The notes under the pieces: generated by a model
What the model saw: only the letters and a program-made list of their open reading frames with translations
Databases searched by the model: none
Told to the model about the DNA's origin: nothing
Assembly (NCBI GenBank): GCA_964276515.1
Contig: OZ193909.1
Span: 7,874,001-7,938,000 of the forward strand
Length of the DNA stretch: 64,000 bases
Reading direction: 5' to 3'
Source: Gordius albopunctatus
Lineage: Eukaryota
Shown: one piece after another, positions 1 to 12,140 of the stretch
Layout: each line of letters starts with the position of its first letter
How positions within the stretch are numbered: position 1 is the first letter of the stretch
Position numbers and translations under genes: made by a program

Positions 1-753
1 ATCTAAGTAGCGGCACTGGTATATCGGGTGCCTCTTAATTGCTATGCAATATATGGGTCTTGTTTAAACCTTATCAAATGTTTAAAAATCCGAGAATAAC
101 TAGATAATTGTAAAATTTAAATTAAAGTGGCAAAAAAATATTTCTAAATTACAGTAGTTGAAATTTTAAGCTATCATAGTAGTTGTGGTTTTTTTCTTAT
201 TCATTTTAAAAACTTTCCACCAAAGTATGCATATGAAATTCATAATTTTTCTTATATTTTTACAAAAGTTACATTTTAATTGCTATGCAATTTATGGGCT
301 CGCTTTTCGTTGTCGCGTCGTGAGTATGCAATTACCATTTATAAACAAAATAAGCGTCATTGTATGGAGATTTAAAATGAAACATAACAAAGGTAGAAAA
401 TTGGGAAGACTAATCATTCCCTCAAATTTTGATTTATTCAAATAATAGCAACAATATCAAACTACATAATTTTTGACATATTTATTTTATACATATTTAT
501 TTTTACCCAGAGGTGTAACGATGTAATATTAGATTTTATGCTTATATAATTGTGTAATCTAAAGAATATATGCTTAACAATAGATAGAGAACATAATTTT
601 TTTTGCAGCAAAGTTAAAATTAAAATGATATTCAATTATATAAAGCGTAATAGGTGATAAAACTGAATAAAAATTTGAAGAGATCCTAAATGTGGTAAAT
701 ACTTCAGTGGATATTGCCAATAAGTATGATTTAAAAATAGCATAAAAGCGATT

Positions 754-3700
754 CTAAAGTGATATGAAAATTTTCTTTTTGTACAGAACGAAAGCTACAC
801 CGAGCCACAACATACACGCCCACAAATCCTGCATGTATAAGTATGTATGACTGTTCGCGTATTTATGGCTGAGATGGAGGTTGAATGGGAAAAAGTCCCT
901 GAAAACTTCGTGACCGATGTAGATCAACAAAGGATTCATACCTAAATTAATTTAAACCATCATATAAAAAAGAGAGACAATCATGTAGGTAGTAAGGCAA
1001 TACTCTTCCACTATTTGATAATTAACAAAAAAATAGAAATGAACGGTAGTTGTTGTTACCAACAAATTTGAATGGAACTCCGTCCCACACTTTAATAACG
1101 TCGATTAGGAGGAAGCAAACCATGAGAGCTAGATGGGATAAAGCCCCGGTTGCTAGAGTATAAGATGGCGACCTTCAGATATAATTAAAAGGATAAAATT
1201 AAAATGAGCAATTTTTTCCTAAAGTCTCATACAAAGTTACAATATGTGTAGTACCATAAATTTTTGTTAATGGGCACAAATCCACCTTCACTTCTAAATC
1301 CACACAACGCACCGGCCAGACCACCCTTTAATAATTCCAATAAATTGCATGACATAGAAATTATAGGTTTTGAGTAGCAAATCGCATATATTAAACAAAA
1401 GTTTAAATTCTTTTATTTATATACCAAAATAACGAAGGAAACTGTGTCGAATACGATGATTCTGATGTAGTTTTTGTTGCTAAAGTTTGCCATGTAAGTT
1501 TTGGCTGCCTACAATTAACATAACGAAACTTAAAAGTTATATAAAATAATTGTATGAATTAATATAAGAGATAAATGTGATTTTAAAAATTAAAGATCTG
1601 ACTGAAACTTTTGGTAAAATATAAAATTTTGTAATAGTAAACTCTGGTACCCTTGTTCCCAAATAAGCTAGCAAAGTGGCTGAAAATGTTCCTAGTATTC
1701 CTTCGGGATCGAAAGGCACAGTTGTTTGATAAACTTTCTAAGACGCAAACAAGGTACATTTTTTAATTGAAAACGACAAAAAATATGACAAATACTTAAG
1801 TGGGTATATGAAATTTTAAAACAAAAGATTGATGGTAATAGAAAAAATAATAATGTAAAAGATGATAACGAGCTTAAAAATGGTACTTCAAACAAAATAC
1901 TTGTCTTAAAAATGTAAAAGTACCTTACAAGTAGGGTTTTGATACATATGATTAGATCCCAGGATGATTCTGTCGACGTAACCAGAAAACCCGCCCGTAC
2001 AGTGAGGATGTGAAGAATTCATGTACATTCCCCCTGGTCCGTTGTAGCCTCTTTGTTTATTATATAGATACATTTTCAATAGATAAATTTTAAAAGGCCC
2101 GTTTTATCGTAAAAGCAAATGTCATTAGTGTGAGCCTTAAAACATTTAAAAAATCAAAAAAAGCTGTTACACAGCTTTTAAACATTGGTGACACATAAGG
2201 CTTCCTTACTAGTTATTTTAATAACACATGGACCAACTTAAAACAATAAATTTACCTTGGGCAGTCGGGTGCTTTACCGAAGAGGTAGAGAAACTGGGTC
2301 GAGATCAAAATACCAACTATTCCCATTTCCACCAAATTAAACGATTTCCAAGTGAACCGTTGTCGCACCTAAATAAGGTTCAACAATAATTTAGTTTCAA
2401 TTTCGTTTTTAATGTATAATAGTAACTGACGTATAAAAATAATTTAAACTATAGAACGCATAAAATAGATTCCTACTTGTGGTAGAGTGGATATGATGAA
2501 TATAGAAGCCAAAATTAGGTAAACCAGAGCAAGTCTTTGAAGTACACCCATTATTCGAAAGTTGGCGAGCTTGGCGTTAGCTGAGAATATTCATATTATT
2601 TACATTCAAAAAGCAGAAGATTATTCATCCAGACATAATAGTACTAAATAAGACGTATTAAAGTAAGTAATTGGTTGGAGGAAAATAAATAAATCTCATA
2701 ACAAGTGGCTCATCCATTTCTAGGTAGATTTTAAAACTAAAAACAAACTAGATAAAATACTTAAAAGGCGCTCTATATATCGTTTAATAACAATGTAGGC
2801 CACTTTAATAAGATCTGTATATTGTCATCTCGTAAATAACTGAAAATAACTTTAATAGACTCACAGTCCATGTTGGAAAGAATGAAGCCTAGGAGGAAAA
2901 GTATTGCGGATCGCTTCAAAACGTTAAATATCATAGACTTTCGACCGACGCCTTGTTGTGTTCTTTTACCAAACGAAAGCATGAAAGAAAACCCCATGAC
3001 GAATACGAAACTGTGGCCGAGCAAATATAACGTAAAATTAGTTGAAATGGTTAATGCTGCCCTTACTCCTTTTACTAGTTTAAGTTAATTCGCATGCTAA
3101 TTTTAATTTAGTTATGGCTAAAATTTCAGAAAATTATCGTTTTGCCCCCCCCCCCTCTAAATCCAAGCCTGGCTACGCCCAGAGTGGGGTGAACTTTCCG
3201 AATGTAAAACGGTGGTTTCAAATATTTTAACTACCGCCTCCTTAGTAATAGCCCTACCGCCTCCCTTCTCAAATACAATTGATAAAGGTAAGAATTTTAA
3301 GTCAACTTATGAATTTCTTTTATGATCATGCACACACAAAAAATATAGCAGAAACTAAGTTACCACAACCACAAAGATAAGGAAAATGCTACGGCATTAG
3401 GGAGATGGATAAGTCTGATAAATAAAAGCAAGTTTTTGCTTGTCACGCTCAATATTAAAGGCTTTAGCCTAAAGTCGCCGCCCCACACACGATACGATAT
3501 CCACTACATTCCTGCCATTGGTTTCCAACTGCGCTGAAATCTACTAAACTAAACTAGTTATGAAGGAGGAAACTATAAAATAAGGTTTGATAAACGCGCC
3601 CACAAACGTCCTACATTTGTGTAGTCAAAGTAGCGATCTCATAATAAACTTTTGATGTCTTTATTTGTTTTTACACCATAAATTCTTTCGCACAGGTATT

Positions 3701-6700
3701 TTAATAGTAAGTCCTGGCTGGATAGATGCAAGGCATTAATCACAATATGTTATTGCAGGCGCGTATCACCAATATTTGCAATTTTTTTATTAATAATTAT
3801 ATTAAATGGGTTAGAATATTATAGTTTAGTTGCATAAAAGATTTTGAGACACTTAGGAAACATAATATATACATTTAATTTTTCGAGTTTAATTTTCAAC
3901 TAAATGCATTGTAAAATTTCCGAATATGATTGTGAAAATTGCTATTAAAAAGATTGGTTGAACATTTTTTTCACGTAAAAACATTAGACCGCCCCATTGC
4001 TAGGAAGTGACTAATTAAGCGATTATGTTTAATATAGTAATTAATTTCTTATACATTTCACTTGTTAAAAATATTATGGTTTGTGTTTTAAGTTATTACT
4101 TGTTGTGCGTATATAGATAAAACATATGCATATCCAAACCTAATTAAGCATTGACTATCAAATTGAATATCATTTGTGGTGATATATCCTATCCTATATA
4201 TTTATATAATTTTAATCCATAGATTAATAATTTCTAAATGATACCCTGTAGTTGTTCAAAATGTAGATGAAAACGTCTCACCTATATATAAACAATGATG
4301 TAGTTTTGAGTGGCGTAGCCAAACCCCCCCCCCCCCCCTCTAGCAAAAATGTAAAAAAATTTATATAAATAAAATATTAGATAAATTAAATTTCAGCAAA
4401 AAGCGTTAAACATATTTTTTTGTCTTCTTAACACCTCATCCATCAATAAGGTTTTTCTATACTCAAAAGATTAAAAGTTTATTCAAAAAATAGGATCACA
4501 CCGATGTAATGAATTGGCAATATTAACTTATCATAGGTAATGTTCAGGTGAAATCACTAAATCAATCGCTGGGCAAATCAAAAAATCAAATGACTATTTA
4601 TTATAATGTTATTCATTCTATACATAGAAATAGAATTCATACCTTTATCATATTTGTCTAAAATTTTCTGCTAACCCATCACGGGTCGATAAAATGACAG
4701 AAAAATAGTAACTATATAAAAATCATTGTTATGGTGCCCGACCAGGCCTCGAGAATCTTATTTACGACGGTTGCCTGCCCGGCCCTTGGCCGAGTGGTCC
4801 TGGCTTTTTGGTTAATATTTATCTTAAGTAACAAATAAAATTTTTAAAGAAAAATTTTGGGCAGCGGCTACGCGCCTGTGTTATTGATTATATTATTAAT
4901 CTTTTAACAATCATTTTCATAATTTATCATTCAGTAATGGAAGATTTGCAAACAATTTTCTCTTTTAGGCTGAGCACTTTATTAGACAAATGGTTTATTC
5001 ACTAGTTTAAAAACTTAATTAAAACATGTTTTTCAATAATATAAGCTTCTTGTAGATGTATTCATTTATTACCTAAAAAAACTTTTTCTAACCCCAAAAA
5101 AGTTTAAATACTTCATTAAAATTTACACGATACCGGCATTGCCTTATCACCCCCCTCTTCGCTCCCTTCCCTCTAAAGCACGCTTAAAATATTTACATCG
5201 CCCATGTTGAAAATCAAACAATTTATTTAACTCCCTCCGCATACAAATTAAACTTCAATATGCTGGAACTAGAGGTGTGCACGGATCAATCCGATCCGTC
5301 CGAACTCGGATCGGATTAACATTTTAATTTTGGAAGTCGGATCGGATCGGATCCAATAATAATTAAATTAATAATTTTTAGTATACCTTTTCGTAATTAT
5401 CTTTGCATTCTTTTTTTACGTTACCATTTTTGATGCCCAATACCACCTCCTTACCCCTTACTTACCCTAATATATTTATCAGAATTTCCCTAGCGTTTTT
5501 CCCTAGCTAGACGTAGACACGCATCTCTTTCTATTTCATTTCAACTCAACTGAACTCCGAAAATCATCAATCACTCCTCTCCCCTTTCCTTAAAGCACAC
5601 GCGTAGCTCCTTTCCCTCTTGATTTCGGGTAATCATGAATGATGTAGCTGCTTGCCTTCTTAGGGCTTGTCTTAATATCGGATCATTACTTAAAGTTGTT
5701 CCTTGTTTCAATAAAATTGAATGTTCTTATTGTTTGCGTTTTAAATTAGGCATCCTTTATCAATAATATGTGTAGTGTATTAACGTTGCACAATTTTATA
5801 CATTAATTATACAAGGTTTAATAATAAGCTTAATGGCGCACGAGAGATTTCAACCTAGGATTTTAAATTAAAAAGAGTTCAATAATAAAAATTCCAAGCT
5901 TTCAACAAAAAATATCATATTTATAAGGCTATAATCAGTTGATTGGTGGCAATATTTTATGCAAGCAAATGCATGCATGTAGTAGCATGCTAAACCTTAA
6001 CTTACAAATGTCCAAAGAGAGGCTATCCCACAATTTTTACCAGCATAACGCCTAAATTAAATAAAATTTTGATTAAATCTGAAATTACAATGCGTTATAC
6101 TTACCTAAAATTCCACAGAAACAAAAGAGTAAGTGTCAACAAAGAGAACCATAAAATGGGAAGATTGGAGTTGATGGGGTCCTTGGTGACACTTATATTG
6201 CAAGTAGAATTATTTTGAGATTGATAGAGATTCACAACACTTTCGAGGCCATTAACATCCCATACATCTAACAAATAGTTTCCATGATCTCCAAATTTGT
6301 AGATTTTCCTTCAAGAATAATAAAAGCAAGATTTTAATCAAAAATTGATAGTGACAAAAATGATGTGTAAATTTAAGGATGTTTTACAATTCAGTGATAA
6401 TTTATTTTTAAAAATTATACTTAGTCTTTTTTAAAAAATTTATCCCAAATAATTTCTTGCATCACCCTAACAAAATTAAAAATAATTGTTTAACCTGTCC
6501 CCTAAACTTTATTAGATATAGGTATTATCAATAAAACTATCCTAATTGTCACCATCACAAGATAAAATAACATTAATAAAAATGATCTATTAAGTCTGAT
6601 GGTTGCGCTTGCAAAACTTTCATGGCTAAAAGGCAAGGCTTACAAAAGTCATTAAATAAGAAATAGTTAATTTTGGAAATCATATTTTCAAAAATTTATC

Positions 6701-7352
6701 ACATAGAAAATATTGTAAAAATTTAGATCATTTGGTAAATTGTTAATCAATAGTAATAAATAATGCATAATTTTCCATAAATTTAAATAAAAGTATTAGT
6801 GCATAAATAAATAAAAACTTTAAAATGAAATTTATGATAATATACTAGTCTAAAAAAGCCAATATCTAGATTTATAGTAAAAATCATAATCTTGCGTTTT
6901 TAAATATTAACCCCAAATTATTCCACAGATAAAACTTAGATTATATGCCCCTGACAAGGCCAATGATCTTTATTAATAAAAAAATTTAAGCTTGATTAAC
7001 ATGAAAATAAGAAGCCATAAAAGAGTATAATATATAAATTCAAAAGTGGACAATAAGATATGTTGTTTTAAATAAAAGCAAAAAATTATTTATTACCGGC
7101 AATTGTTATAAATATTTTCAACTTTTGGATATTCTACTTGAATTAAAGTTTCATGGGTAGTATTAACATGAATGGTTGAATTACCATATTTTGCTATAGT
7201 AGCTACATGGTAGGGTTCACACTATAATATAATAAATAAAACAAAGGCTCAATTACCTGAAAGCACCATAATGATTGAGTTTTTAGAGATATATCATAAC
7301 TACATTTGTTAATTATTTGCAATGTGGCTAAATCTATGGTATTTTTGCCCAT
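754..7352 (-). CDS. HGSNAT: Heparan-alpha-glucosaminide N-acetyltransferase, multi-exon; 5' end and catalytic TM2-3 exons not located
   Basis: GT-AG exons read manually: 7257-~7352 (IDLATLQIINK..LWCFQ), 7097-7221, 6105-6308 (YKFGDHGNY..KDPINSNLPI), 6006-6051, [gap], 2865-3010 (FVFVMGFS..KRSAILFLLG), 2477-2580 (FRIMGVLQRLA), 2256-2368 (PDCPR), 1924-2050 (GYNGPGG..CTGGFSGYVDRIILGSNHMY), 1651-1737 (PFDPEGILGT), 1425-1508, 1255-1325 (PINKNLW), 1060-1172 (SPSYTL..WDGVPF), 754-941 (GMNPLLIYIGHE..LYKKKIFISL*). These are hallmark HGSNAT motifs in the expected order. Confidence 0.93.
5270..5615 (+). mobile_element. Truncated copy (left end) of the hAT-type MITE family seen intact at 30654-33423
   Basis: Begins TAGAGGTGTGCACGGATCAATCCGATCC with ATCGG subrepeats and aligns by eye to 30654-31100; no right TIR seen. 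Confidence 0.8.
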
Positions 7353-7429
7353 CTCAACAATTTGAATTTTAATTCGCAGACAAAAGATCAAAAATCAGCG
7401 GGTGTAAGAATTATAGTTTTAAAAACTCC

Positions 7430-8205
7430 TTTCCATACTTGAGACGTAAGAGCAAAATGACGGGAAAGAGCATTGAGATGGCACAAATGCTATATAGAAA
7501 GTACACATCGCCTGCCTACAAGAGATTATGTAAAACGGAACCAAAGCTCGGAATTTAGGAGAGATATTTAAACTATTCTACAGACGGTCATTAAATCGTA
7601 GAAACGGGTTTATCATTCAAAGCGAATCGTTCAAGGACAAGGTGGTGGAAATGAAGCGTTGTTCAGACAGGTAAATGTGGGTTAATATTGAATATCAAGG
7701 AGGCCTCTTAACCGTTATGTGCGTTTTTCTCCACGAATTGGGTGAATGGAATCTGAGAGAGACATATCCTTCAATTAATTGTAGAAGGAAATACAAGGAG
7801 TAGGAAAAAAGGATGGGTCAGATTTAAACACTCACTTCGCCTCGGGTATGGACGAAATTATGGACTCTTTGGGCATGGCTTGAAGGAAGGAGGGAAACTT
7901 CTAGACTACGACATGGCAATCTTTAACACCGATAATCAAAAACATGAAAACATATTGTTACATATATAAGTGGGAAGCATTTCAGTCAAATTGACTATTA
8001 GCTCATACGGCGAAAGGATTTATTGAGGGTTAAAAATTGCAAAGTAATACCGGGAGAGGAAACCGCCAGGCAATATCGTCCACTTGTTATAGACCTTGAA
8101 AGAAAAGTGTTTCCGGTTAGAAGAAAGGTTTATGAACCTCGAATCAGATACGAAATGCTAAGGCCAGGGTCATATAAGGTAGAAATAAGCAAAGGCCAGC
8201 ATTAA
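7430..8205 (+). pseudogene. Degenerate RTE-clade LINE fragment (APE endonuclease region)
   Basis: Fragments such as HIACLQE, FSQIDY and VKNCKVIPGEETARQYRPLVIDL are homologous to the RTE at 62200-63030; many stops and frameshifts. Confidence 0.85.
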
Positions 8206-8732
8206 TTTGCAAGGAATCCTGAAGCAACAACATTGGCAAGTTGCCAAAATATATTTATTAATAAAGGTAATTAGTCGGGCACATTGCCAACCACAACCAG
8301 CGATCATTATTATTTATTTTCAACAAAAAAATTAATTTATAATAAATTTGAGGCTAAGGTACCATAAATGCCAAAACCTGTGGGTACAAAAATAAAAATA
8401 AATTTTAGCATTTGGCCGGGCCAGATAAAGTTTAAGGCTGCGGTCATCATTAATTTGCTGGGAATTATTTAGCCAGTTTTTCTCATCCGTTATAAAGCAA
8501 CGACCTATACAAATTATTTTATTAAAAATTTCAAAAAATGTTCATTTTGTCCCTCGGCCCTCCCTAAATCATTTTTTCCACCCTCTAATTCAAATGCTGG
8601 CTACACGCATGTTGAACTATCTAAATCAACCAGCTTTACAAAATTTAAATAGCCACCACCAACTGTTTTCTATAGCGCAATTAAGGGCGTATTTATTTAT
8701 ACCCCCTCTGAACCCTTTCAATATTCAATTAG

Positions 8733-10661
8733 CCCTCGAGTGTATACTATACTTATGAAAATCTCAATCCTGGGCAGATTTATGGGACATATTAAACCCC
8801 ATTCTTAAAATTTAACACCAATTAAGAAACACTTTCCAAATTTTAAATATATGTTTATCAAAGCCTTTTATAAGTTCTTGGGGGAAAATATTTTGATTAT
8901 AAATAGTAGTGCTGTAAGTGAACGCGTTCATGAACGGCGTTCTTTTATTTTTTGGTGAACTTTGAACGTGAACGCGTTTCTTTTTTGATGAACGCGTTCG
9001 AATTTAACGTTCGTTCAATTTTAAAAACCCTTTTTTGTTTTTATTTATTTGAAAATTAATGTCAATCCGAATTTTTAACAAAAAAGTATTATATTTTTTA
9101 ATCAGCTGTTTTTCCTGTTTCCTATTACCAATTCCGAAATACTTTTAACATACTATAACGTGCAAAAGAAGATAAGATTAAAGTTAATTAGTTTGATATT
9201 ATTAATTATAGTTTAATTTATAGGTTAATATGGACAATAATAATATTATATCGTCGTCATCTTCAGATTCTGAATATTCAAAATCAGCAGATGAATTGAA
9301 ATTGCCATGGCCAAAATATAAAAAATATTTTTCACTCGTTTCATATAAAAGATCAAATTCAATAATTAAAATGAACCTTTAAAGAATAAACTTTTAGTGT
9401 TATTGAAAAAAGGGATTGAAACGCCTAGAATTGATAATGAAAGAGCTGTCAATTCCGAGATATCATTTTTTGGCGAGGAAGTTGAGGGCGCATTGGAGGA
9501 TGATATCTTGTCGCAATTTTTTGAACCGAGGGACAAAACATAAAAAGTTTTAAATAAATTTCCTCCTTTAAAAAATTTGTTTATTAGGTATAATACTCCA
9601 ATCCCCTCATCTGCCCCTGTGGAGCAGGTTTTTAGTATGGCTAATGCTGTATTAACTGCCAAGCGTTCCTGCTTATCAGAAGACAATTTTGAAAAACAAT
9701 TATTATTAAAAATAAATAAGAAAATAGATTATATTGATTTATAATTATATTGTCGAAATAAAACTATTATTTTTTATCATGGCTATTTACTTGTATTAAA
9801 AAATATAAGACATTTATTTATATTAAATTAAACTTTAAAAAAATGTATCATAAAATTTTTCATGAACGTGAACGCGTTCCTTTTCTTTTTAGACGAACGT
9901 GAACGTGAACGCGTTCGATTTTTTTACAAATGTTTACAGCACTAATAAATAGTAATTTAAAAATTATATACAATTTACTAGCCCACAAAAATATTTATAA
10001 GAATCAAAATGCTATGTTTTATTTTTGTCAGAGGCACCATACAGCTAATAAAAATTTTAAAAGCTAAATGTCTTTTAAAGTTTAAAAATTGTAAAAAGCA
10101 TTTATTTACAATAAAATGATCATACAGAAAAATAGAAATATTTGAAAAATAGTCATTTTTTAGGCCTGTTTTTAACTTTAAAAGGACCCTCTTTCTGAAA
10201 GCCTGCACATAATTCTAAATTATTATATGTATAAAAAGATTTTGCAACCCCAAGAGAATAAATTTTGAGGCCATATTTGTTAGGCTTGTTTGAATTATAT
10301 TGCCTATAGGTTTGATTGAAACAATTAACAGCTTATTACAAAAATTACTAAAAATAGCCCCACAAAAGTTTAAATAATTATTTAAAAAAATATAGTGACA
10401 ATAATTAATTAATATGTCTTATACCTGCTTAATAATAATAAATAAATTTTAAAATGATAAAAAAAACTTTCTTAGTTATATGGAACCTTAAACGCTTATA
10501 TCTCCGAAATTATTGGGGCAAAACACATAAAATTTTAGGAAATAAAGCTTTCTAAATAATTAATATACTGAAAAAACCAAAGTTCTAAATCTAAAACTAT
10601 TTAAGTCATATTAAATTTAAACTTTCGCGGGTTTCTCACACCCCAAGAGAACTCTCGAGGG
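8733..10661. mobile_element. Old piggyBac-like non-autonomous element, interrupted by the hAT element at 8907-9944
   Basis: Ends CCCTCGAGTG ... CTCTCGAGGG flanked by TTAG/TTGA (TTAA-like). Internal sequence is a diverged reverse-complement of 16802-17589. Confidence 0.6.
8907..9944 (+). mobile_element. Internally deleted hAT transposon
   Basis: TIR TAGTGCTGTAA / TTACAGCACTA, perfect 8-bp TSD ATAAATAG, subterminal GAACGCGTTC repeats. Retains a transposase N-terminal stub (MDNN..LPWPKYKKYFSLV, ~9230) and the hAT dimerization motif FPPLKNLFIRYNTPIPSSAPVEQVFSMA..KRSCLSEDNFEKQLLLK (~9545-9720). Confidence 0.93.
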
Positions 10662-11309
10662 TTGAGAAGATAAATCTAGCTAAATTATTTTTGTAAGGCT
10701 GTTGGATTTAAAATTTTATACTGGTTATTTCTAAAAGTTTGGGTTATATTTTATATTTGAATTGGGCTGGATTGAGGATGAGATTTTATGATAATAATTG
10801 AAGTAGGTTAAAAAGAATTATGAAATTGGATTCGTTGGGTTTGGGTTTCAAATATTTAGATTGGACTGGACAGGTTCCCGATTGACATAAATCGACTTTG
10901 CAGAACTCTACAGAAGATTTTGGCCAAGGCTTGGACAAAAATAAATTTAATTAGAGCCTCTTGATGACCGTGAGAAATAAACCCAAGCCAACAAAACATT
11001 TGACGAAATTTTTTTAGATTAACCCAACTTCTAAAATAATATAACATGCTACATCGTTCCTTGTTTATATTATTTAAATTCAAATTTATTTTTTCCCTCA
11101 TTTTTAAAACGAACACACACACATACCCATATATATAAAGCGATTAAAACTTAAAAAATAAAGTAAGAAAACAAGTCAAAAAGCTTCTTATAAAAAAATC
11201 CGTAATTTTAAAAGTAGGATTATATATGAAAAAATTAATTGATTGTAGCAGTAAAATTAAATTAGTTAATATTTTTATCATAATTATTCTTATTTTTAAG
11301 GACTTGCTC

Positions 11310-12140
11310 ATCTTCTTCTTCTTCTTTATCAGTTATTTCGTCCCACATTCGTGGGGTTTGTTTTGTTTGATATAGTACTATATCATCGGCATATAGCATG
11401 CATGCAATGCAATGCACCATGGTGATGGTTTTTGAATGTTCCTCGTTATCGTGTCTATAATTATAAAGGGACTTAAAGCATAGCCTTGATGTAATCCAAT
11501 ATCAACCCGAAAAGGTTTAGAGTCTTCAACTGTCGTAGCAATCAGTTTTATTATATTAGAGTCTTCTTCTTCTTTATCAGCTATTTGGTCCCACATTGGT
11601 GGGGTTTGTTTTGATGAGTCTCTTCCATCTTGACCGGGTGAGTGCCGCCATGTCTTGACTAATCTCTTTAGTTTCCATAACTTTATCGACTTGCCTTTTC
11701 CACGTGACACGGGGTCGTCCTCTTCCTCTCTTCCCCGGTATTTTCATGTCTAGCACTTTTCGATTTACGTCATCCGGGTCCCTTCTTAGTATATGCCCAT
11801 ACCACCTTAGCCGATTTTCGTTAATCATGTCCGCCATAGGTTGAATACCCATTTTTGTCATGAGAAAGTCATTCGTCATATGGTCGAGCTTAGTATACCC
11901 CAAGCTCCACCGTATCATTCTCATCTCCGTGGCTTGTAATAGCTTTCCTTCCGTGGTGTTTAATGCCCATGTTTCACTTCCATAGAGTAACACCGGTCTT
12001 ACGGATATACTTCGCCATTTAGGGCATTGATTTCAGTTGCGCAACCTCCCTCTTGATGTAGCATAGAGCCGAGGTAAGTAAACCTGTCTACTTTTGGGTC
12101 CTTTAGGTGGTCATCCAGCGATGGGGTGCTTGTACCGTTC
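11310..12140 (-). mobile_element. Two juxtaposed truncated/deleted RTE LINE 3' fragments, each with a (GAA)n tail
   Basis: LLYGSETWA..EMRMIRW..RLRWYGHILRR..GKRGRGRP (11577-11993); GLHQG.ALSPF and CMLYADDI (~11370-11545); TCTTCTTCT tails at ~11310 and ~11562. Confidence 0.9.

Noticed and set aside
9366..9686. 106-aa minus-strand ORF
   Set aside because: Antisense to the hAT dimerization-domain remnant on the plus strand.
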